NCBI GenBank assembly: GCA_946965045.2
Contig: OX337232.1
Span: 1,178,001-1,242,000, forward strand
Direction of reading: 5' to 3'
DNA: 64,000 nt
Source: Epithemia pelagica
Taxonomy: Eukaryota > Protista > Bacillariophyta
Made by a program: the position numbers and the translations under genes. Positions 10,337 to 19,130 of this stretch are shown here, piece by piece (positions within the stretch are counted from its first letter, which is position 1; each line of letters begins with the position of its first letter). Below the pieces are notes generated by a model. The model did no database searches. It was not told where the DNA came from and was given only the letters and a program-made list of their open reading frames with translations.

Positions 10337-10350
10337 TGAGACTGTTAATC
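10337..10350 (-). other. Candidate primer-binding site complementary to the tRNA-Asn(GUU) anticodon arm
   Basis: Plus strand TGAGACTGTTAATC abuts the LTR and reads like tRNA positions 27-40 with loop CT-GTT-AA; no TGG. Confidence 0.6.
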
Positions 10351-11133
10351 TGTTACAATTCTTTCTGAATCGTAGGGACATTGATGCTCGGTAGAGCAGA
10401 CAATCAGGTAGGTCACCAACCGATACAAGCTTCTCAGGGTCAGAGAAGCAAGCAAGTCGAAGTCTATCAGAAGGATAGTCGGGACACAAAAGAGGATGTG
10501 ATAAATGGTGATATTGTTAGATTGTGTGTTGATTACTACGATAGGTCTACGTGAAATGTTCGGTCCTGCCAAGGGTCATGTGTCATAGGTTCTTGGCGGC
10601 AACAGGTTTGGAATAGTTGGAGTTGATTCATGTGATGTATATGACATGTATATGTGGGCGGATAACATATACAGGGTCAACAGCTCTTGCTTTGGGTTGG
10701 CATAGTTGTTTTCATGGCGCGCAGCTTGTTGACAATTTGGAGATTGTGGGAATGGAAATATGGTCTCGCGTGATCGTGTGTCGTGCTTGGGATACTTAGA
10801 CCGTTGGATCGGATAGATGCCGATAGCGCTCGGATGTCGCTTGGGCGCGCTCGATGATTTCGGGCGCGTACGCTTAGGGCGTTAGTATAATGTCCGAGCA
10901 ACGGCCAAATTTATGTCCGTTGTAATACCGCACGACCCAGTTTAGTCTTGAGAGTGAGTTCGTCAATCTATTCTCACTTTTCATGATTTGCGAAGAAATA
11001 TAGGTCGATATAGCGCGAAGCTAGGAAACATAGCTCGAAGCTAGAGGGCATGATGCGATAGCACGAGGCTATGTGACATGGGGAATCGATGAGATGTAGA
11101 ATCTAACCACCATAGACGGTGAGAATTCTAACA
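10351..11133 (-). repeat. 5' LTR of inner element
   Basis: Direct repeat of 2750-3532. Confidence 0.97.
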
Positions 11134-13552
11134 GCGCCGTCATGCTCACGATGCCTGGGAGAGCAATAGCTAGTTCCCCCAATGGATTTAGGTCGTCGCC
11201 GAGTTCTGCCATGTATTCTTGATATCGTGTTGTCGGTCTTGGCTCCCTTTGTGACCGTCGGAGACCAGCTCCCTCATGCACGGGGATATTTGGTACGGCA
11301 TCTCCCTCATCGTCTCTTGTCGATGTAGCCTGATCTTGGTCTACTATCTCCTCGTTATTGTCTACCTCCCTCATGGGTGCGTCTAGATTGATAGGAGTAG
11401 CTTTTGCTCGTTTGGGTCGTGCTGTTCCGCTCGTCCGTTTGCTGAATCCCGCGCGCTGTTGCCAATAAGAGATTGGTTGGGCTTCTCCAAAACTACGACG
11501 GATAGTCTCAAAGTTGTCGTCATAGTGCACATGGAACTGTGGTGACGATAGGCCCGATGAAAGGGACAAAATAAGCCCAACCGTCCTTGCATGTTGCGCC
11601 GAGTAACCCAGGAAGATACCAACCCGCGATCGTTCGGACCATTTCGGTAGGCCCTTTCCAGCTTGAAGTTCGTTATCCAGCACATAACTTGGGCATCCGA
11701 AGGTATGTGCATTTCGGATGTTAAATCGCACAGGGGAACCGGAGAAGAGTTCAATCGGTGTCTTGTCTTTATGTTTCTTCAACGGAGCTTCGTTAAACAT
11801 GTCTGATGCATACCGAACGGCATACGGCCATAGGTTCGTTGTGATTGCTGTGGGCCATCGTCGGTGTGCATGCAATAGCATAGTTCTTGCCGAGTCTTGT
11901 AGATCGCGTATCCGACGTTCGGCCATGCCACTCTGGAAATGAGCGTTGACGCCACTGAAAGTCAGTCGCTGGCCTTTGCTCGCGACTGCTTTTCTAAACT
12001 CGTTGTCTGCGAAAATCCCATTGTCGGCATGATAATGCTGGATAGCTACCCCATGGGTTTCTGCCCATGACTCGAATCTCTCCTTAGCTTCAATAGTATC
12101 AGTAGCTGAGGTAGACCGCTGTAGATGTACATAGCCGATTCCCGAGAAGTGATCCACGAAAACAGTTGCAACGCGATATCGTTCTCGCGTCGGAGTACCG
12201 CGCATGTGTGCGATATAGCCAGGCGTATTCGAGATGAGCTGGTCCACTGACACGCATTGACCGGGGCGCGTCATTATATCTAAAGTTCCTCGCGATCCCT
12301 TGACTCGCCATGGTTTCTTCGTCGCTTTGCCGTACAGACATGCGGTGCATGCTGGAACTGCACATGATCCCAGTCGCCTTGGTAATGCTCCTTGGCGTGC
12401 CATGGTTTGGATCTTTGCCATTGATAAATGTCCGAGTCGATGGTGAATGCGAAGGAGTTCAGCTGTTGGACTTTCATGCGGCACTTCTTCTTCGTTTGGT
12501 ATCACATGCACCACTTTTTCCGTATCGAATAAAAAATCTGTCGTCAATGGCGTGTCTCGATGTGGAAAGTATTGCTCGTTGTGTTCGTCATCCATGTCCG
12601 TTCGGTCCTCGAGACTCGCTTCGTCGTCACTTGTTCTTGGTACGTTGTCTTCCTGTGTGGCGTCGTCATCGTCTTCGATCACATTTGTCTCACTAACAAT
12701 CGGTGGATTGTTGTCATCTTCACAGATTTTACAACAAAAGCTTTGGTAGTGGGTCATTCCGGTGGCCGTGGAGAACTCTCCCACATTGGTGCCTCGCCGA
12801 TTCAACGGAATCGTTCGTTTGCTCGTTCCTTGGTTCCATTCCAGGGTAATTGTGTCGTCAGTGGTGATACATCGGGTGCCATGCGGCTTCGGTCGGTGAT
12901 CTCGTGCCACTTGTGCCCAGTGTTGCGGGGAAAGGAGTCGATGTGACGTGGATGGAATATAGAATGACCCGGGGAGCACAATGCGGTATACTTGCCCATC
13001 GTCGTCTTCAATGTCCCATTTGATCGTCGTGGAGTACACCTCGGTTTTGTATAATCCAGCAATTCCCTTTATTTTGCGTTGAATTGGTGTTGGAGATGTC
13101 AGGCAATCGGTGATATCGTGGGTGATTGATGCTGTGGCACAGTTGTCGATGAAGAGAGGTTTGCTGTCCGAGTCAAATCGGACCGAATGCGCCTTGACCA
13201 ATTTGCTTGCCACCGGAGCTGCAAGTATCGTGGTCATGCACAGTCCTTTCATGAGGCTCGAGTTCCACTGTTTTCGTCGTCTCCTGGTTGCTGGCGATCT
13301 TGGCCTTGGTCTATATCTGGGTGGTGGAATGGCTGCATCAAGTATTGCCAGGCTGTTGGCCATCATGGTCGCTATCGTGGTCCATAAATAGTCGATCCAT
13401 CTTGCATTCGTGGCTGGAGCAGTAGTAGTTGGAGCTTCATCATCATAACCTACTAGGACATACAAGTAAAGAGTTGTAGTCGCTAGTAAGATATAGATGA
13501 GCTGTTCGAAAGTCTTGGTGAACAGCCCGAGGAGTGACCTCGGGTCTGGTTG
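11134..13552 (-). CDS. pol: Outer pol, N-terminal half (protease, HHCC zinc finger, integrase); open from the codon after the gag stop
   Basis: PR-like FIDNCATASIT; HHRLGHLS...CAVPACTAC; DDE core VSVDQL, YHADNG, SGMAERRIR; GKGLPKW. No stop between 13552 and the insertion point. Confidence 0.93.
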
Positions 13553-14812
13553 TCATTCTTCATCCGAGGACTCTTCTTGGGCAGGGAGATCAGCCAAGGC
13601 ATTTGCCAAACGGAGTGCCGGGGTTGTTCCTTCTTTTCCCGTATCCGGGTGCGCTGCGTCATATGCTTTCTTCTTGTCTCCAGTCAATCCGCGTCCGTTG
13701 CAAGTGGCTGAGGTATGGTTCTTGTTGAGAGACCATTTCTCGTGCCACTTGCACCAATAGTAGGTCTTGCCGTTCACTTCTTTCACTTCTGAACCTCCCT
13801 CAGGCGGACCAGTGGTTTGCCAAGCTTCTTTGAGTCCCTCTTTGTCCTTAGTCTGTTTAGCCTTGCCGGTCTTGTTGTTGCTACCAGTGCTACCTTCATT
13901 GCTTTGTGAAGAACGTCCCTTCGCCATGCGTTTCACCTGGGCCTCAAGGGCAATAATCTTCTGGTCGCGCTCCGATAGGGACTGCCATTTCTTGGCTTCC
14001 ACTAGTGCCTGGTACTTAAGCCGTGCCCAATCCATGAGTTGCGTGGGAGTTAGGTTCGGCGAATCTCCTTCTTCGTATGCGTTCTTGCGACGCCTGATCA
14101 TTTCCAGAAAGTTCTCGTCGTTCACCGTTTCATATGCCTTGAATAGGTTCGGGAGGAGGTCGAGGGTCCGTTCCCCACGTGCACTTAGGCCCTGCAATGT
14201 TTCTTTCACGTACGAGTTGAACTTGATAATGTCTCCGTTGAAGTCTGCGATATGGATGTGAAGGTCCGACAGACGCTGGCGTAGCACCATTACGGTCGCT
14301 TCGGTATCCACATAAGCCAAGGAAATGATGACCTTGAGGAGCAACGGCCCGACACCCTTGTTATCCACTATGAATTCGTCGCGTCGGAGATTGACTTGTG
14401 CCCTCGCTTCTTCGTTTAACGATGCCATGAGACACATGTAGGACATGTAGGAGTTCTGCGTGATGCGATTCTGTCCGAGGAAGCTGTCCACGTAGTCGCG
14501 CACTTGTCGAAGGGAAACTCGTCCGTAGGCTTGAGTAAGGAGATGAGTAGGAGCAGCTGGAGGAGCTGGTCCTGCTGCAGGAGGGACCACGATATGTTCC
14601 GGAATGGAGAATGTGCTAGTCCAAGATTGCTCGACGATGCGATCTTGAAACGAATCGAGGAAAAGCTTGAGTCCCTCCGCATGGAGATCGTAGAGATCTC
14701 CGCCCTCAAAAAGTCCTGTCGTCGCTTGCTTGTATAACTTCGAGCCTGCCGCGGTCGTAAAGTTGATTACGTTGTTCGCGTTGGCGTTGGCGGGAGAGAT
14801 TGCAAAAGCCAT
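13553..14812 (-). CDS. gag: Outer Gag (419 aa), ending in TGA
   Basis: First ORF after the 5' LTR; copia Gag-like core; Cys/His motif CKWHEKWSLNKNHTSATC near the C-terminus. Confidence 0.9.
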   Translation of the reverse strand: MAFAISPANANANNVINFTTAAGSKLYKQATTGLFEGGDLYDLHAEGLKLFLDSFQDRIVEQSWTSTFSIPEHIVVPPAAGPAPPAAPTHLLTQAYGRVSLRQVRDYVDSFLGQNRITQNSYMSYMCLMASLNEEARAQVNLRRDEFIVDNKGVGPLLLKVIISLAYVDTEATVMVLRQRLSDLHIHIADFNGDIIKFNSYVKETLQGLSARGERTLDLLPNLFKAYETVNDENFLEMIRRRKNAYEEGDSPNLTPTQLMDWARLKYQALVEAKKWQSLSERDQKIIALEAQVKRMAKGRSSQSNEGSTGSNNKTGKAKQTKDKEGLKEAWQTTGPPEGGSEVKEVNGKTYYWCKWHEKWSLNKNHTSATCNGRGLTGDKKKAYDAAHPDTGKEGTTPALRLANALADLPAQEESSDEE

Positions 14813-14839
14813 GGTCGACGATCAGAGATGCTGTTTACA

Positions 14840-14853
14840 GCGCAGAGGAAGCG
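14840..14853 (-). other. Candidate primer-binding site complementary to the D-arm of initiator tRNA-Met
   Basis: Plus strand GCGCAGAGGAAGCG(TG) versus recalled plant/animal tRNAiMet GCGCAGCGGAAGCGTG (15/16); ATCAGAG at 14821-14827 matches plant tRNAiMet nt 1-7. Confidence 0.6.
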
Positions 14854-15308
14854 TGTTGTTTTTCACTACTGTCGAGTAACGAAAAAGAGCTCTTTTGCAA
14901 AATTGTGTGTTTCTAGATTATCGTGTGCAAGCTATGAATCGCTCCTGCTCATGCGTTGAGCGTTGACTCGTAGATTGGTGCGTTGATCGACCAAATTGGC
15001 GGTCCCAATTGTTTATGGACGACCTTGCTGCCTCTTCTGAGATTCGTGGCTCCCTAAGTGGCGTCCGCTTACTTAGGAGCCAGTACCGTTATTGCTCTGG
15101 CCATGGGAGTCGTTGTTTAGAGCGGCATGAGTGTTACATAGCCGTCGTCCAAAACCCATGTTGAGATGCGTCGTCCGTCTTTGTTGATTTGTGATTTGTG
15201 AGAGGCGGCGGTTCAATGATGCGTTGGGCGTGTTGTGTCATGGGAATTCTGTCTCTGTCCCCATTGTTCCCCACGTGTAGTTATGCCCTTGCGTACAGTA
15301 TTTGAACA
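14854..15308 (-). repeat. 5' LTR of outer element
   Basis: Direct repeat of 629-1083. Confidence 0.97.
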
Positions 15309-15314
15309 TGACCC

Positions 15315-15740
15315 CCCTATTGTCTTCGGCTGGAATGACAGCAATTTTGGGGCAAGGCCGCTGCTTATGGTGCTACTACGGGCGCCCTGCTGCCTCCTAA
15401 TTCCATTCATGGGGGCGTTGCGATTCCTGCCCATGGCGTGATGGCTGATGTGGGCCAAGACATTCAAAACCTCAAGACTTGGATTTTGAATTTCGTCCGC
15501 CTACAGACGAACCCTCCTCCTGCGGTCTTTGGAGTCACGGCAGGGTTGGCCTGTTCGCAGAACCAGTTCGGTTTAATGTGTATTCGTCTTGCGCTGATGA
15601 AAGACCATCCATGGTTTGCGGCTGTCATTGGCCATGGCGCGCCGCTCACTGAACCTTTGGCGAGTCTTTGGCTTCCTCGTGCTCGTGTTGCGAATGGACA
15701 ATGCGATCCGATTCCTGCGGGAACCATATTGATCCTGTAA
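15315..15740 (+). pseudogene. 3' part of the interrupted unknown ORF, with an apparent 1-nt frameshift at AATTTTGGGG
   Basis: Frame change near 15345 gives WGKAAAYGATTGALLPPNSIHGGVAIPAHGVMADVGQDIQ...AGTILIL*. Confidence 0.3.
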
Positions 15741-16339
15741 GTTCAAGTCAAAGGGAGGAATATAGTAGACCAAGCCTTCTTAGATGCTTTGGCAAATTCA
15801 ATTAAGCTTGACGAGACACGCTGAATGTCGGAGAGGCGACTTCCCGTCTCAGAGACAAGCTCTACTACAGTTATTCTACAACAGCCTAATGTTAACCTGT
15901 TTATTCCAAAGAACAATATATCTTATGTCATCGTAGCAGGATGTGACTCGTCCTGCTCCATCTAGTAAAGTGTGAGGAGTGGCTAAAACGACGAGAGACT
16001 GCCCTCCGGATACACTGCCGCAAATCTGACTATCACGCAGAAATGCATCCACGCAACAAAAACAGTTCCACGCGCATGAGTAGGTCCCACGAATTCTGAT
16101 TTGGGTGGGATCTGAGGTTTTGATGCGAACCAGGTTCGTCGTACAAGAATCGTGCTTCCTCCAAGGCAACAACGAAATTGTTCCTTGGCTACAAATTTCA
16201 TGGAGAAGTCCAAGCCAAAGGTCGGTCTCTCCGAGTCGCTTGTCTCCAGCACAGCAGTAAGCAGCACGACGCGGGAGCGATTCCCCATCCATTCTTTTTT
16301 GGTTTGTGCTCTTGTTCTCCGGCACGTCACCTTCACCCT

Positions 16340-18412
16340 TCACGACAATGACGACGACGAGGAAAATAGGTTGGTGACGGGAACCGACAAGAAACTTCCA
16401 CTCAACAAACCAAAGGATAAGCAAAAGGTGAGAATTTCGGCCGATCGTTCTTGAATCTCGACATTGTTGTTGTGGGGTGGTAACAATTGAGGTGCCACAA
16501 TAAAGGCCGTCGAGGCGACAAATCCATTCGATACGGCAAAGACGATTTGAATCACCCAGGAATATACATCGCTGGGAACTGTCCATCGATGAGTGTCGTC
16601 GTCGTTGTTGTCGTCGTCGTCCCAATGACTCAAACTGTATTGACTGGTGCAGAGATACAAGAGTGGTACAAAGAGAAATCGAAGCAAGGACCACTGCAAC
16701 AACGTATGGGTCGGTCGCCACTGGTTTCGGGCAAAGAAATCCATGGGAAGGTAGGCGGACAAGATCCGACCCGTCAAATCACCGGCATTAAACACCACAA
16801 AGGCCAGGGGGGTATACAAATCATTGACGAGTCGATGGCCGAGGCGACCCATGGGTGTCAAAGGCGTACGACTCGGTCGACATTGATGAATGCTCACCAA
16901 TCGAGACAACCAAGCCGGAAAGAGCGCCAATGTCACCATGAAAATGATATAAATCGTCAAGGCGGGATATCGAACCAGGTACAAGACATGGGTCGTCTCA
17001 TTGGTAAACTGCACGTCGTCCTCTTCCTGGGTCAATTGCCTTTGAGGGATGAGTGCTCCATTCGGTCCAGTGGAAGAGTCTTGCTCTAACGAGGAAGACG
17101 ATGAGGACATTTGTTGTTGTTGTCTTCTTCGCCAGGTTCCATTGGGGGATCCAGATTCCCGAGTCAAAGGATTTGTCGTGTCGTGAGAGTCCAACGATTC
17201 CTCCTGTCGTCGTCGAAGACGGGCCGTCGTGTTCAATTCCAATCCAGGAGGAGATTGTTCGGGGAATTGCGTCATCATCATTCGAGTGGAATCCTCGCCG
17301 CAGGGTGGTTCTTCGGCATCGGCCACGGTTTCATAGTCTTGTTGTCGTCGTCGCGTCGTACCATCGACATGACAATATCCCACAATACAGGCCGCCAAGA
17401 CGATGGATCCCAACAAAAAATAACACAAGACGGCAGGGTCCATGCGAGAGGTGCATTGCGATAAAGCTCTCGTCGTTGAGGACTCCAAAACAAGGAGACG
17501 AGGACTTGTGCTGCGTACGGTAGGTGTCGCAAAAGGATTGCCATGATCCTCTCCGCTGTCGTCGTCATCCTGACCAAGACACCGCGCCTTCCAAAACACG
17601 TTCGCATCGCCCAGCGCCGCGGCGGCAAAATTGGCCAGGGCCACACCAAGGCCTCCCGCCGATTGTCCAGCCAAAAAGGGTTCGACACCCACAGCCGGAG
17701 CAAAGCCACTCGCCGTGGCCAAAATGCCCGACGTGGCCAAGGCTCCACAGACACCGCACAAGGACAAACTGGAAACGGTCCAGTAATAAAAGAGTCGTTG
17801 GGGCATACTCACCCATGCCACTGCCACCGTTTGACCGACAAACACCAACAAATAAATCGACAAGGGTAAAACGACCAAATAAAAGGAATGACTGGTCGCA
17901 GGAGCAGAGGAAGAAGTGGTCGAGGCTGCGCTGCTGTTCCCTTGTACTGGTGGTGGTGGATGTCGTCGTCGGTCCGACAGCCATTGAACGGCAATCAAAA
18001 GTCCTAGGGTGAGAACGGAACTGCTATTGTATCCAATGGCAAAGGTGGATTCCAAATGTTTTTGATAGTATTCGTCACACAAACGACTTTCAAAATAAGC
18101 CTTGGCTGAAATGTAGGCATTCCAGGGAACCAAAATTCCCACGCCCAGGAGAAAAAAGATGGCTTGGTACAACCACATAATGCTGATACTTGTGTTGTTG
18201 TTGTTGTTGTGTGACGGCGAGGAAGATACCAAAACGCCGGGCCGTTGTGGTTGTCGTTCTGCTGCTGAATTGGAAGATTCGACCTCACCAGAACTCAAGG
18301 GTGCTGAGGGACATTGTCGGGTTGCTTGTTGTGAATGGTGTGAGGGGGATTCTTCTTCTTCTTCGCATTGGCTGTTGTTGGTGGTGGGGATGGAAGAAGA
18401 GGACATGATCAT
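16340..18412 (-). CDS. Equilibrative nucleoside transporter (ENT/SLC29)
   Basis: FFLLGVGILVPWNAYI, GQSAGG, VTLALFP, FNAGDLTGR, FAVSNGFV and about 11 hydrophobic segments. Confidence 0.9.
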   Translation of the reverse strand: MIMSSSSIPTTNNSQCEEEEESPSHHSQQATRQCPSAPLSSGEVESSNSAAERQPQRPGVLVSSSPSHNNNNNTSISIMWLYQAIFFLLGVGILVPWNAYISAKAYFESRLCDEYYQKHLESTFAIGYNSSSVLTLGLLIAVQWLSDRRRHPPPPVQGNSSAASTTSSSAPATSHSFYLVVLPLSIYLLVFVGQTVAVAWVSMPQRLFYYWTVSSLSLCGVCGALATSGILATASGFAPAVGVEPFLAGQSAGGLGVALANFAAAALGDANVFWKARCLGQDDDDSGEDHGNPFATPTVRSTSPRLLVLESSTTRALSQCTSRMDPAVLCYFLLGSIVLAACIVGYCHVDGTTRRRQQDYETVADAEEPPCGEDSTRMMMTQFPEQSPPGLELNTTARLRRRQEESLDSHDTTNPLTRESGSPNGTWRRRQQQQMSSSSSSLEQDSSTGPNGALIPQRQLTQEEDDVQFTNETTHVLYLVRYPALTIYIIFMVTLALFPAWLSRLVSIHQCRPSRTPLTPMGRLGHRLVNDLYTPLAFVVFNAGDLTGRILSAYLPMDFFARNQWRPTHTLLQWSLLRFLFVPLLYLCTSQYSLSHWDDDDNNDDDTHRWTVPSDVYSWVIQIVFAVSNGFVASTAFIVAPQLLPPHNNNVEIQERSAEILTFCLSFGLLSGSFLSVPVTNLFSSSSSLS

Positions 18413-19130
18413 TGTCTTTGGTCGACAGAGGCCATAGAATTCTCAATTGTCTCTTTTGGAAGAAGCATGTCACGTGCACGCATTCGCCCGCTGGGGATAT
18501 TTTACGAAGGACGGACTACCCCCTAGCGGGGGTGGTTTTGAGGTTGTAGTTTCTGTGAACCACCCCCATACTCCTACCTTTTTCCTGGCTCCAGTCGGCC
18601 GGCATAGCTCATTCCTTCCACCGCGATAACAACACGACAATCAAACTTTGTCGTTGCTGGTGACCTCCTACGGCCACCCCATCATGATCCGACCATCACA
18701 TGCTTCATATCGGTACCATGGCAGTGCATTGTGAGGGGCACAGTGCATGCGGGCCATTCTAGGAAATGACCAATACAGTGACGCTGTAATACGTTCTCGT
18801 GTCAAAAGATAATTGCGCTCTTTTGCTGACAATTCGACTTCAGCCCTTCCGTTTTTGCTTACCAGTCCTCAGTCCACGCGCCGGTCGATTCAGTGTGAAA
18901 GCCCTCCCCTCACGACATATATCTCACGAAAAATTATCAAAACTGAAAAGAGCAACGCGCCATCGGCATCGAGAAGAACGTGAAGAGAGCTTTGATTGCC
19001 AACGTTATACGCCCTGTTTCACAATCGGCTTGTATGGTGTGTTGTTACTTTGGCAGAGTTCCTCCCTGAGTAGTACAAACAAAAACCCAAGTGGCCGACA
19101 AGAGAGCACAGCGACATTTGGTTCAGAATC

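Larger units (their letters stand above)
2750..11133 (-). mobile_element. Inner Ty1/copia (CoDi-like) LTR retrotransposon, full length 8384 bp, nested in the outer pol
   Basis: 783-bp LTRs TGTTA...CTAACA at 2750-3532 and 10351-11133; 5-bp TSD GCGCC at 2745-2749 and 11134-11138; intact 1895-aa gag-pol. Confidence 0.97.
629..15308 (-). mobile_element. Outer Ty1/copia (CoDi-like) LTR retrotransposon; 6291 bp once the nested element is removed
   Basis: Direct 455-bp LTRs TGTTG...GAACA at 629-1083 and 14854-15308; 6-bp TSD TGACCC at 623-628 and 15309-15314; domain order gag-PR-IN-RT-RH; PPT next to the left LTR. Confidence 0.97.

Noticed and set aside
10310-10350. A genuine tRNA-Asn gene
   Set aside because: Only the 5' side through nt 40 resembles a tRNA; there is no T-arm or acceptor 3' strand, as the LTR follows.
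14821-14853. Self-priming (Tf1-like) explanation for the outer PBS
   Set aside because: No sequence complementary to this PBS was found by eye within the LTR.
15876-16721. 281-aa minus-strand ORF
   Set aside because: Overlaps the ENT gene in another frame and its 3' region; no recognisable motif.
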